In this document: positions 29,056-38,858 of the stretch, piece by piece
Position numbering within the stretch: the first letter of the stretch is position 1
Layout: every line of letters starts with the position of its first letter
Origin: an uncultured Dictyoglomota bacterium
Lineage (GTDB): Bacteria > Dictyoglomota > Dictyoglomia > Dictyoglomales > Dictyoglomaceae
Assembly (NCBI GenBank): GCA_964654465.1
Contig: CAZZIO010000064.1
Coordinates: 1 to 53,986 of the forward strand
Reading direction: 5' to 3'
Length of the DNA stretch: 53,986 nucleotides
The notes under the pieces: generated by a model
Databases searched by the model: none
Seen by the model: only the letters and a program-made list of their open reading frames with translations
Told to the model about the DNA's origin: nothing
Position numbers and translations under genes: made by a program

Positions 29056-30291
29056 TTACGAATTTAAAATATGCCTCCTTAAAAAATCTAATGCATTTAT
29101 AGTAGTATATAATCTAATTCTATTTCTATCACCAGAAAGTTTCAACTCTTTATAATCCTCTGCTCCATTCATGTAGAGTCCCAAATAAACAAGCCCTACA
29201 GGTTTATTAGAAGTTCCACCCTCTGGCCCAGCAATCCCAGTAGCAGAAAGACCTATATCTGCTCCTGAGATCAAAGCCACATTTCTTGCCATCTCTAATG
29301 CACACTCTTTACTAACAGCCCCATATTTTCTCAAAGTCTCTTCCGAAACATTTAGTCTCTTAATCTTTGCTTCATTACTATAAGCAATAATTGCTTCCTT
29401 AAACACTTTTGAAACTCCAGGCACATTAACAATTCTTGATGATATCATTCCTCCTGTACATGATTCAGCAATAGCAATAGTTCTTCCCTTCTCCATCAAT
29501 AATTTAACGACTACCTCTTCAAGAGTAACATCTCCTTCTCCATAAATAAAGTCTCCTAATCTTTTTCTTATCTCTCTCTCCACTGCTTCTATTAATTTCT
29601 CTGCCTCTTCTTTACTTTTTGCCTTAGCTGTTATTCTTAAAATAGCCTCTCCTTCTTTTGCATATGGAGCTATTGTCGGATTGGTTTGATTTTCTATTAA
29701 ATCCTTTACCCTCTCTTCCATAAAACTTTCCCCTAAACCACAGATTCTTAATACTTTTGACTGAATAGTCTCGGAAGAAAGAGTAAGAAGATATGGTACC
29801 ACGTATGTTTCAAACATAGGTATCATCTCTCTTGGTGGACCAGGAAGAAGAATTAATATTTTTCCATTAGTCTCCAAAATCAATCCAGGAGCTGTTCCCC
29901 AATCATTTGGTATCACTTTGCTCCCTTCAATTATATATGCCTGTTTTATATTTCCTTCTGTAAGAGGTAAACCTCTTTTTTCAAAAAACTCTTTTATTCT
30001 ATTTAAAGATTCTTCATGTAGGATTAGTTTTTTACCAAAAAATTCAGCAGAAACTTCTTTAGTAAGATCATCCTTGGTAGGTCCAAGCCCTCCTGTGGCA
30101 ATTACCATGTCACTTCTTGAAAAAGCAATTTCAAGAGCATTTTTTAATCTTTGAGGATTATCACCTACAGTAGTATTGAAATATACTGTTATACCAAGTT
30201 CAGCAAGTCGTCTGTTTAAGTATTGTGTATTGGTATTTAAAATATCTCCAAGAAGAAGCTCTGTCCCTACTGATAATACTTCACAAATCAT
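29056..30291 (-). CDS. cinA: Competence/damage-inducible protein CinA (MoCF domain + NMN deamidase)
   Basis: VGTELLLG, GGLGPT.DDLT, LPGPP.E, AESCTGG, TGIAGP.GG..KPVG.V. Confidence 0.96.
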   Translation of the reverse strand: MICEVLSVGTELLLGDILNTNTQYLNRRLAELGITVYFNTTVGDNPQRLKNALEIAFSRSDMVIATGGLGPTKDDLTKEVSAEFFGKKLILHEESLNRIKEFFEKRGLPLTEGNIKQAYIIEGSKVIPNDWGTAPGLILETNGKILILLPGPPREMIPMFETYVVPYLLTLSSETIQSKVLRICGLGESFMEERVKDLIENQTNPTIAPYAKEGEAILRITAKAKSKEEAEKLIEAVEREIRKRLGDFIYGEGDVTLEEVVVKLLMEKGRTIAIAESCTGGMISSRIVNVPGVSKVFKEAIIAYSNEAKIKRLNVSEETLRKYGAVSKECALEMARNVALISGADIGLSATGIAGPEGGTSNKPVGLVYLGLYMNGAEDYKELKLSGDRNRIRLYTTINALDFLRRHILNS

Positions 30292-30363
30292 ATCTATTTT
30301 TCTTTCCTTTTAAAAGTTACTTTTACATGATATTATTATAATAGTTTACAATAATTTTTAATT

Positions 30364-31752
30364 ATGGTTAATAAGGAGAATATGTTGAACTATCTTAATT
30401 TACTACTGAAGATTAAAGACGCAACAAAAAGGTCTGAAAATCTTGAAGACTGTATAAATAGAATAAATAATGAACTTAGACCTTATAAGCTAAATATTTC
30501 TTACCATTTAAGCTCCAAATATCTAAATTCAGAAAATGAATGCTCAAAATTGCTACAAACCGCTGAAAAACCTTTAACATTAATAATCAAGGGAGAAGAG
30601 AAGCTTACAAATTTAGACCTTAGCCTATTTGAGATTATCCTCCTTGAAATAAAGGAATTTTTAAAAGACTTAGAAGTTAAAAGTAAAAGTGAAAATATAA
30701 GAAAAATTTTAGAAAAGATATTAGAAGAAATAGAAAAAGTGGTAAGCTACACATCTGCAAATATTGGAATACTTTATGAAGATAAAATTAAATTTTTAGC
30801 TTTTAGAGGATATGAAAAATACAATATAGCAGATTTTATCAAGACCTTAGAACTGACAGAAAAAGAGTTTTACACAATAAAAACAGTTATATCCACTAAA
30901 AGTCCCCTACTTATAGAAAATACTGATGAATATCCGAATTGGGTATACATACCAGAAACATCATGGATTAAATCTCATCTGATAATTCCTATCATATATA
31001 ACAATAATCTTATAGGTATTATAGGTCTTGATAGCGACAAACCCTATTCGTTTACTCAAAATGATATAGAAAAACTATCCTTCATGATACCTATTATCGG
31101 TCTTGCAATAGAAAATGCCAAGTTATACGAAATATTAGAAAAAGAATTAGAAGAGAAAACCATAGAAGAAAGAAGAGCAAGATCCTCATTATATCAAGTA
31201 ATAAAAGTATCTTCCGAGCTTGTAGAACTAAAAGACCCATATACCTCTGGACATCAAAAAAGGGTTGCTAAAATATCTTCAGTTATAGGGAAACTATTGG
31301 GTTTCACTCAAGAAAGGATAAGGTTTTTAAATATTTGTGCTTTATTACATGATATAGGAAAACTTTCTATTCCCTCTGAGATTTTAAACAAACCAGGTCC
31401 ACTAACTCCATTGGAGAAGAGACTCGTAAATACACATACAGAAACAGGCTATAATATCCTGAAAAGAATAAATATTTTACAAGAAGTGGCTCCTGTAGTA
31501 TATCAACATCATGAAAGAATAAATGGATCAGGATATCCTTTAGGCCTTAAAAATGATGAGATTCTTATAGAAGCAAGAATAATAGGAGTAGCAGATGTGT
31601 TAGAAGCTATGACATCTCATAGACCTTATCGTCCTGCCCTACCCTTAGAAATTGCTATAGACGAAATTAAAAATAATAAAGGTATTTTATATGATCCTAA
31701 TGTGGTTGATGCTTTACTATATGCCATAGACAAAGGGAGGATAAGACTATGA
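30364..31752 (+). CDS. GAF + HD-GYP cyclic-dinucleotide phosphodiesterase
   Basis: GAF (IKSHL.IPI...IG.I.LDS); KDPYT.GH..RV, LHDIGK, QHHER..GSGYP, AM.SHRPYR. Confidence 0.93.
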   Translation: MVNKENMLNYLNLLLKIKDATKRSENLEDCINRINNELRPYKLNISYHLSSKYLNSENECSKLLQTAEKPLTLIIKGEEKLTNLDLSLFEIILLEIKEFLKDLEVKSKSENIRKILEKILEEIEKVVSYTSANIGILYEDKIKFLAFRGYEKYNIADFIKTLELTEKEFYTIKTVISTKSPLLIENTDEYPNWVYIPETSWIKSHLIIPIIYNNNLIGIIGLDSDKPYSFTQNDIEKLSFMIPIIGLAIENAKLYEILEKELEEKTIEERRARSSLYQVIKVSSELVELKDPYTSGHQKRVAKISSVIGKLLGFTQERIRFLNICALLHDIGKLSIPSEILNKPGPLTPLEKRLVNTHTETGYNILKRINILQEVAPVVYQHHERINGSGYPLGLKNDEILIEARIIGVADVLEAMTSHRPYRPALPLEIAIDEIKNNKGILYDPNVVDALLYAIDKGRIRL

Positions 31753-32921
31753 ATTTAAAAGAGATGATCAAGGAAATACTTCCAGAGGTAATCGAGCTTA
31801 GAAGAAGCTTTCACATGTATCCTGAGTTAGGGTTTCAAGAATATAAAACTTCTGAGAAAATAGTAAGCTATCTTGAAAAAAATGGAATTGAGGTAAGGAA
31901 AAATGTAGCTAAAACAGGAGTTTTAGGCATATTAAGAGGGAAGGAAAATGGGAAGACTATCTTGTTCAGAGCTGATATTGATGCTTTACCTTTGGAGGAG
32001 TTGAATAATGTACCATATAAATCAAAGCACAAAGGAGTTATGCATGCATGTGGACATGATGGTCATACAGCCATATTATTAGGCACTGTCAAAATTCTTA
32101 GTAAACTTAGAGATCAATTAAAAGGAAATGTTAAATTTGCCTTCCAACCCGCTGAAGAGCTTCCTCCAGGTGGAGCGGAACTTATGATTAAAGAAGGAAT
32201 CCTTGAAAATCCATATGTAGAGAAAGTTTATGCCCTTCACCTATGGAATCTTTTACCGAAAGGTAAAATAGCAATAAGAAAAGGGGTATTCTGTGCTCAA
32301 GCGGATGCCTTTACTATAAAGATAAAGGGAAAGGGAGGACATGGATCTGCACCTCATCACACTATTGATCCCGTTATCGTAACAGTAAATATGGTTCAAG
32401 CCCTTCAAGCCATCCCCTCAAGAGAGATAGATCCTTTAACTCCTTTTGTACTAAGTGTTTGTAAAATTCAAAGCGGTAATACCTTTAATGTAATTCCAGA
32501 GGAAGCAGAAATTCAAGGTACAGTAAGAAGCTTTGATAGAAAAATAGCAGAAAAAGTAAGAGATAGAATTAAAACCATATCTCAAAAAATAGGAGAAGCC
32601 TTTGGCTGTAAGGTAGATCTGGAATATCAATTTGGATATCCTCCAGGAAAAAATGATGATCATGAGGCAGAATTTGTTAAAAATATAGCAAAAGAAGTTA
32701 TAGGTGAAGATAATATAGAGGAAATGACTCCCTCCATGGGAGGAGAAGACTTTTCATACTTTTTAGAAGAAAGGCCTGGAGCCATGTTTTTCCTTGGTTC
32801 AAGAAATGAAGAAAAAGGCTTTATTCAACCCCATCACTCAGCCTATTTTGATTTTGATGAAGAAGCCATGGCAATTGGTATAGAAATGTTTGTTAGAATA
32901 GCATTACAAAATCTGATATAA
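31749..32921 (+). CDS. M20D family amidohydrolase
   Basis: H.YPELG, RADIDALP, MHACGHDGH, FQPAEE, GGHGS.P, GGEDF. Confidence 0.94.
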   Translation: MNLKEMIKEILPEVIELRRSFHMYPELGFQEYKTSEKIVSYLEKNGIEVRKNVAKTGVLGILRGKENGKTILFRADIDALPLEELNNVPYKSKHKGVMHACGHDGHTAILLGTVKILSKLRDQLKGNVKFAFQPAEELPPGGAELMIKEGILENPYVEKVYALHLWNLLPKGKIAIRKGVFCAQADAFTIKIKGKGGHGSAPHHTIDPVIVTVNMVQALQAIPSREIDPLTPFVLSVCKIQSGNTFNVIPEEAEIQGTVRSFDRKIAEKVRDRIKTISQKIGEAFGCKVDLEYQFGYPPGKNDDHEAEFVKNIAKEVIGEDNIEEMTPSMGGEDFSYFLEERPGAMFFLGSRNEEKGFIQPHHSAYFDFDEEAMAIGIEMFVRIALQNLI

Positions 32922-32963
32922 TTTTTGTGAAAATAAAAAATGTTAAGAGGGAGGAAGTAATAA

Positions 32964-34391
32964 ATGTTTAACTTAGATAAAACTATATTTAGAATGTATG
33001 ATATAAGGGGAGAAGTACCAAAAAATTTAAATAGAGAAGTAGCCAAAACAATTGGAAAAGCTTACGCAGAATTTATTAAAAAAAGAATAAATAAAGAAGA
33101 TCTAAAGGTTTCAGTAGGAAGAGATGCAAGATTATCTTCAAAAGAACTTTCAGAAGGACTAATTGAAGGTTTAAGATCTTCAGGGATAAGCGTTATAGAT
33201 ATAGGGCTCTGCCCAACCCCACTTCTTTATTTTTCACTTTTCAAGCTCCCTGTAGATGGCGGTATTATGATTACAGGAAGCCATAATCCACCTCAGTTTA
33301 ATGGCATGAAAATCTGTGTAGGGAAGGAAACTATTTATGGTCCTCAAATTCAAGAGTTATATGAGATAGCAATTAATCTTAAAGATCAAATACCAAATAA
33401 AGAGGGCACTTATGAAACCTTTGACATCATATCTTTATACAAAGAATTTCTCATTAATGAATTTGGAAATTCCGCCATAACAAAACTCCCTAAAGGAAGC
33501 ATAAAATTAGTTGTAGATTCTGGAAATGGATGTGGAGGATTGGTGGCTCCTGATGTACTTAGAAAACTTGGAATTGAAGTAATTGATTTATTCTCAGAAC
33601 CTGATGGAAACTTCCCAAATCATCACCCTGATCCTACGGTAATTGAAACTTTAAAGACATTACGAGAAACCATATTAAAAGAAAAGGCTGATTTTGGTAT
33701 AGCTTATGACGGAGATGCTGATAGGTTGGGAATCGTAGACGAAAAGGCAGAAGTTGTATATGGAGATAGATTAGCCTATATCTTTGCCAAAGGAATATTA
33801 AAGGAAAGACCAGGAGGAAAAATCATAGGAGAAGTCAAATGCTCCAAATATCTTTTTGACCTAATAGAAAAATTAGGAGGACTTCCAGTACTATCCCCTG
33901 TAGGCCATTCCCTTATTAAGAAAAAGCTAAGAGAAGAAGATGCACTTTTTGCAGGAGAAATGAGTGGACATATATTCTTTAATGACAGATTTTTCGGGTA
34001 TGATGATGCCATCTACGCAACTTTTAGACTCGTAGAACTATATGCAATAGAAAAGCTTAATAATCCAAATTTTGTTTTCTCTGATTTTCTTAAAGAATTT
34101 CCCGAAGTATATGCATCACCAGAGATCAGAGTCCATTGCAGTGAAGAGAAAAAATTTGAGATCATTAAGACCTTCTTTGATAGATTAAAAGAAAAGTATC
34201 CTGAAATAGAAAAAGATATACAGAAGGTCATAACAATAGATGGTGTAAGAATTGAATTTTCTGATGGATGGGCATTAGCAAGAGCAAGTAATACAGAACC
34301 AGTAATTGTATTAAGATTTGAAGCAAATTCCCCTGAAAAATTAGAATTTTACCATAAGGTTTTTGAAAGTATAATCAAAGAAGCTTGCTAA
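32964..34391 (+). CDS. Phosphomannomutase/phosphoglucomutase
   Basis: YDIRG, ITGSHNP, DGDADR, GEMSGH, RASNTEP. Confidence 0.96.
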   Translation: MFNLDKTIFRMYDIRGEVPKNLNREVAKTIGKAYAEFIKKRINKEDLKVSVGRDARLSSKELSEGLIEGLRSSGISVIDIGLCPTPLLYFSLFKLPVDGGIMITGSHNPPQFNGMKICVGKETIYGPQIQELYEIAINLKDQIPNKEGTYETFDIISLYKEFLINEFGNSAITKLPKGSIKLVVDSGNGCGGLVAPDVLRKLGIEVIDLFSEPDGNFPNHHPDPTVIETLKTLRETILKEKADFGIAYDGDADRLGIVDEKAEVVYGDRLAYIFAKGILKERPGGKIIGEVKCSKYLFDLIEKLGGLPVLSPVGHSLIKKKLREEDALFAGEMSGHIFFNDRFFGYDDAIYATFRLVELYAIEKLNNPNFVFSDFLKEFPEVYASPEIRVHCSEEKKFEIIKTFFDRLKEKYPEIEKDIQKVITIDGVRIEFSDGWALARASNTEPVIVLRFEANSPEKLEFYHKVFESIIKEAC

Positions 34392-34416
34392 GGAGAAGGG
34401 CTAAGCCCCTTCTCCT
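34391..34416. terminator. Hairpin terminator between convergent genes
   Basis: aggagaaggg-ctaagc-cccttctcct. Confidence 0.7.
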
Positions 34417-34419
34417 CTT

Positions 34420-34884
34420 CTACAAAGAAATAACTTTTCTTACATAACTTAGAACATTTTCGATTATCTCTTCTTCTGGTGAATCCTCATCCATAATAAT
34501 TTCAAATATTTTATCCTCTATCTCTTTAAAATCCTTACCAAGAGCATTCGCAATATCCCTGGCACTTAAATTCCAACTATCCCCAAGAAGCATTTTAGCA
34601 ATATTTAAATCTTTTTCAGAAAATAGTCTATCTAAAGGGAAACGAGATATAGAAAGTACATAAAGGGTAACAATAGTATTATTAAATACAGGATTTTCCA
34701 AAGAAGAATAGCTAAATACCTCACCTGTTTTTAGATCTAAAGCTACAATACCGTTCAGAGTAGGAGGATCATAATGTTCAATAGCCCGTCTCACTATATC
34801 CTCTATATTCATTCTCCTAACTATATTCCTAATAGATTTTTCTAATTTCTCTAAATCAATCTCTTTTCTATCCAACCTTTTCAC
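34420..34884 (-). CDS. Hypothetical cytoplasmic protein
   Basis: 154-aa ORF overlapping the upstream anti-sigma stop by 4 bp; no recognised motif. Confidence 0.75.
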   Translation of the reverse strand: MKRLDRKEIDLEKLEKSIRNIVRRMNIEDIVRRAIEHYDPPTLNGIVALDLKTGEVFSYSSLENPVFNNTIVTLYVLSISRFPLDRLFSEKDLNIAKMLLGDSWNLSARDIANALGKDFKEIEDKIFEIIMDEDSPEEEIIENVLSYVRKVISL

Positions 34885-35330
34885 CTAAAGGATCTTTTTT
34901 TAAATTCTGTATAGAAGATAAATAATATAAGAGTCAATAAAAAAAGATAAAAGTTCATTTGAGAAATAAGAACTAAAAGGCCTTTAAAGATCAAATAAAT
35001 AAATGAAAAATTAAAGGAAAAAACCTTTAAAAACCTATAAATAACAAAGATAAATAAAAAGAAGAAAATTAGTTCTAAAAATATTAAGAAGATAATTAAA
35101 ATCTTTCTTTTTACTGCTTCTAATCTTAACCTTTTAAGTATATCAAGAGATACTCTCTCCCATTCCTCTCTTATTCCTGCCTCATAAACTTTTTCACTGA
35201 TAATTTTTTCTACTTGTAAAAACTTATCAAATTCCTTTTTACACTCTTCACAAGATTGAAGATGTAAAAAGAAATCCCCATCTACATCAGGGTATAAAAA
35301 CATTTTCTCTCTAAATTCTTCACAATTCAT
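34881..35330 (-). CDS. Zinc-finger (zf-HC2) transmembrane anti-sigma factor
   Basis: MNC......HLQSCEEC (HxxxCxxC) followed by TM helices; downstream of an ECF sigma. Confidence 0.85.
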   Translation of the reverse strand: MNCEEFREKMFLYPDVDGDFFLHLQSCEECKKEFDKFLQVEKIISEKVYEAGIREEWERVSLDILKRLRLEAVKRKILIIFLIFLELIFFFLFIFVIYRFLKVFSFNFSFIYLIFKGLLVLISQMNFYLFLLTLILFIFYTEFKKRSFR

Positions 35331-35781
35331 TTTTCTCTCCTTGTAAATAATTATATATCTTTTTTTTAGCCCTATAAATATGACTTTTTATGGTATTAAG
35401 AGGAATACTCAGTTTTTTACTTATCTCCTCATAGGAATAGCCTTTATAATAATAAAAAATTAAAATTTCCTTCTCAATTTCATTCAGAGGTCTCCATATA
35501 TCCTCCCTCTCTATTATACACTCAGGATCTTCTACACTCCCTTCTAATAATTCTTCCTCATAAACCCATCTTCTCTCTTTTTTTAAATAATCAATAGCAA
35601 GATTTTTGGCTATCTTAAAAAGATAATTCTTTGCTTTTTCTTCTTCTAAGGATACCTTCATGGCTTTCAGAAAAGTTTCCTGAAGGATATCTTTTGCTAT
35701 CTCCTCATCCTTCAAAAATCTTCTCAGAAATCTGTAAATTTCTTCACCATAAATCTTAAAATATTTCTCAATATAATCCAT
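35320..35781 (-). CDS. ECF RNA polymerase sigma factor
   Basis: AKDILQETFLKA, YLFKIAKNLAIDY, GYSYEEIS..L.IPLNTIKSHIYRA. Confidence 0.93.
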   Translation of the reverse strand: MDYIEKYFKIYGEEIYRFLRRFLKDEEIAKDILQETFLKAMKVSLEEEKAKNYLFKIAKNLAIDYLKKERRWVYEEELLEGSVEDPECIIEREDIWRPLNEIEKEILIFYYYKGYSYEEISKKLSIPLNTIKSHIYRAKKKIYNYLQGEKNEL

Positions 35782-35883
35782 TTAATAAAATTATATAACA
35801 GATATATAAATTTTCCAAAAATTGCATAAGCTCTCTTTATGTTATAAAATAAATGCTAAATTGCATGAAAGGAGACATATTTC

Positions 35884-36597
35884 TTGGATGACTATTACTT
35901 TTTCTCAATTGTAATACCCGCCCACAATGAAGTAGGATATGTGGAGTACACCATCGAACATCTCAAAGAAATAGATTATCCTCAAGAAAAATTAGAAGTA
36001 ATCATAGTAGAAAACGGATCTACAGACAGTACCCTTGATGTAATCAGAAAATTTTCTCCTTCATGGTTTAAAATTATATCCATAGAGGAATCAGGTGTTT
36101 CTAAAGCCAAAAATATAGGCATTGAAAATCTCTCTGAAAACAGTAATTGGGCGATATTCTTAGATGCGGATACCTATTTTGAAAAAGATTTCTTAAAGGA
36201 TCTTAACAAATATCTACATGAACATGCTAATGAAAATTTAGGATGTGGTATGGTATCACTCCTACCTTATCCAGATTCAAAAAAAGCAAGATGTTGGTAC
36301 CATTTTTATAATTTTGCCAATAAGACCACAAAAACAACAAGATCTATACAGATAATAAGAAGGGATCTTTTAAAGGATCTCAGATATGATGAAAGCTTAA
36401 CCTTTGATGAAGATACCATGATGATAAGACAATGTAGGAAAAGGGCAAAATATTTCTTCTTTAAGACTAATAAGGTCTACTCATCCACAAGAAGATTTGA
36501 GAAAAATGGATGGATAAAACAATTATTCCAATGGATGTACTATGCATCCCTGCCCTATAATAAAAAGAAAAAGATCAAATACAAAGTACTTCGTTAA
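35884..36597 (+). CDS. Glycosyltransferase family 2
   Basis: SIVIPAHNE, VENGSTD.T, FLDAD, ED, SSTRRF. Promoter TTGCAT-17-TAAAAT upstream. Confidence 0.9.
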   Translation: MDDYYFFSIVIPAHNEVGYVEYTIEHLKEIDYPQEKLEVIIVENGSTDSTLDVIRKFSPSWFKIISIEESGVSKAKNIGIENLSENSNWAIFLDADTYFEKDFLKDLNKYLHEHANENLGCGMVSLLPYPDSKKARCWYHFYNFANKTTKTTRSIQIIRRDLLKDLRYDESLTFDEDTMMIRQCRKRAKYFFFKTNKVYSSTRRFEKNGWIKQLFQWMYYASLPYNKKKKIKYKVLR

Positions 36598-37817
36598 AAA
36601 AGCCTATATAATAACTCCATTACTGTTCCTGATATTATAGGCACACTAAAATTATCATCAATAGGGTTTGGAACAGCTTCAACAATGGAAGCTATTATTG
36701 CTCCTATAAACACTAAATAAAAGGGTAATATATTAAAATACCAAAGAAAGAAAGCACAAGTTATACTAGCACATAGAAAACCGAGAGAACCCTCCAATGT
36801 CTTTTTACTACTCTTAAATATCTTTCTTTCACCAAAATTGATTCCAATCCATTTTGCCATCATATCTCCAAGGGATGTGAATCCAAGAGAAGCAAAAGAA
36901 ATATTTATATCAAAAAGGACAAAACTCAAAAATATTCCAAGAAGAAAGTTTGTTATAGAAGAAACTCTACCCTTCTCTTTCTCCTTAAAAATTCTGAAGT
37001 TTTTAAAAAATTCAAACTGGAAAAAGTTCTCTACTTTCCATAATAAAATCCTTAAGAGATCAATTGTAAAGAAAAGAGCAAGAATTATGCCTATCAATAT
37101 AATTACAAATATTCTGGAAAATATAATAGTAAGAGGTATAAAGAATAAAGCAAAGGGACGTGACATTATCCTCCAAAATGTATGTTTTTCAGTGTAAAAT
37201 TTAAATCCATCCCTTATTAAGTTTTTAACTGCCTCCATAACAATAATAAAAACTAAAGAAAACATAAACCAAAAGTCTGCATTCAAGCCAATATTAAGCC
37301 CTACAAAAGTAACTATAATAGGAAACATGGTCATAGTAAATACATCACCCTTACCCTTTATGGCCATATTAAGCAATAAAGCATAAAGAATAATATATGA
37401 TAAAAGATAAAAGACCTGCAATACTGAAAAGCTTTGGCAAATTACCTTAAAAAATATAAAAAAGAAAAGGCTTAAAGAAGTAGCAAACCCTCTTCCCCCT
37501 CTAAAATCCAAATAAAAGGGAAATTTATGCCCCAAAACAGCAGAAAAACCTGCCAAATATGTATAGGGAAGAGAATATTTAAATAGATAATTAACTATAA
37601 ACATAGGTATAAATCCTTTAAGAACATCATATAAAGCAGTAATAAAGGCTAAGAATCCTCCAACTGTCCTTTTTACATTCAATGTGCCAGGATTACCATC
37701 TCCTACTTTCCTAATATCAATCTTTTTAATCCACAGAGGTAAAAAATAACCTGGTAAAAAGGAACCAAAAAGATATCCTATTAAGGACGATATAAGAACC
37801 CTAACTAAAGTGGTCAT
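36594..37817 (-). CDS. PlsY glycerol-3-phosphate acyltransferase fused to a CTP-dependent lipid kinase (dolichol/phytol/DAG kinase-like) domain
   Basis: N-half: YLFGS, DIRKVGDGNPGTLN, DVLKG, GHKFP...F.GGRG.AT. C-half: GDMMA.WIG..FG, KKTLEGSLG, E.....DDN..VP. Confidence 0.85.
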   Translation of the reverse strand: MTTLVRVLISSLIGYLFGSFLPGYFLPLWIKKIDIRKVGDGNPGTLNVKRTVGGFLAFITALYDVLKGFIPMFIVNYLFKYSLPYTYLAGFSAVLGHKFPFYLDFRGGRGFATSLSLFFFIFFKVICQSFSVLQVFYLLSYIILYALLLNMAIKGKGDVFTMTMFPIIVTFVGLNIGLNADFWFMFSLVFIIVMEAVKNLIRDGFKFYTEKHTFWRIMSRPFALFFIPLTIIFSRIFVIILIGIILALFFTIDLLRILLWKVENFFQFEFFKNFRIFKEKEKGRVSSITNFLLGIFLSFVLFDINISFASLGFTSLGDMMAKWIGINFGERKIFKSSKKTLEGSLGFLCASITCAFFLWYFNILPFYLVFIGAIIASIVEAVPNPIDDNFSVPIISGTVMELLYRLF

Positions 37818-37887
37818 ATTTACGCCCCCAAAAATTTTATTTCTTATTACTACCCTTTCTAATTCATTTTATGCTATACTTCCCATT

Positions 37888-38754
37888 ATGAAAAGAATAA
37901 ATCTTCCAAAAAAATTATTTTTTGATGGAGCTATGGGCACAGAGCTACAGAGAAGAGGTCTTCCTCTAGGATCTCCTCCTGAAATATTAAACCTTCAAAA
38001 TCCATCCTTAGTTGAAGAAGTACATAGAGATTACATAAAGGCAGGAGCCATGGTTATAGAAACCAATACTTTTGGTGGTAATAGAATAAGGTTAAGAAGA
38101 GCAGGACTTGAGGACAAGATCGAGGAAATAAATAGAAAAGGGGTAGAAATAGCCAAAAAAGCATCAGAAGGAAAAGTATTCATTGCAGGATCAATAGGTC
38201 CCTTAGGTGAACTTTTGGCACCCTTTGGAGATATAAATGAAGAAGAAGCCGAAGAGGTATTTTCCGAACAGATAAAAATATTAGTAGATACTGGTGTTGA
38301 TTTCATACTTATAGAGACCATGATTTCTCTACAAGAAGCCTTGATAGCCCTAAAATCTGCGAAAAAATACAACACCTTGGTTGGAGTAACTATGAGTTTT
38401 GAATGGATTGGAAATCAAGGAAAAACTCCTTTTGGGGATGAAGTAGAAACATCTATTAAAAAATTACAAGAAGAAGGAGCAGACTTTGTGGGAGCAAATT
38501 GTGGAAAAGGTATAGAAGATATGGTTAAGATCGCTAAAATTATACGAGAAACTACAGACCTTCCAGTACTTATTCAACCTAATGCAGGAATTCCTAAATG
38601 GGAAAATGGAAAACTTATATATCCCGCTACTCCCAATGATTTTAAAAAATTTGTAGAAGAGATGCTTAACTTAGGTATAGATTTTATAGGGGGTTGTTGT
38701 GGTACTACCCCTACACATATAGGTGTATTCAAAGAGTTCTATCCTATATTATAA
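37888..38754 (+). CDS. Stand-alone homocysteine S-methyltransferase domain (split MetH)
   Basis: FDGAMGT.LQ, ETNTFG, GANC, PNAGIP, GGCCGTTP.HI. ATG 37888 preferred over 37810. Confidence 0.92.
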   Translation: MKRINLPKKLFFDGAMGTELQRRGLPLGSPPEILNLQNPSLVEEVHRDYIKAGAMVIETNTFGGNRIRLRRAGLEDKIEEINRKGVEIAKKASEGKVFIAGSIGPLGELLAPFGDINEEEAEEVFSEQIKILVDTGVDFILIETMISLQEALIALKSAKKYNTLVGVTMSFEWIGNQGKTPFGDEVETSIKKLQEEGADFVGANCGKGIEDMVKIAKIIRETTDLPVLIQPNAGIPKWENGKLIYPATPNDFKKFVEEMLNLGIDFIGGCCGTTPTHIGVFKEFYPIL

Positions 38755-38858
38755 CAATCTTTAATAGCCTATAATTTCATATACCCTTGGAAGTATTTAA
38801 TTCTTGATATTTGTACAAAATTTAGATAAAATCAAAAACAAAAAGGATTTGTTAAAAA

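Noticed and set aside
35819-35847. dif-like sequence AAATTGCATAA-gctctct-TTATGTTATAA
   Set aside because: The spacer is 7 bp rather than 6, and the sequence is fully explained as the TTGCAT-17-TAAAAT promoter of the GT2 gene.
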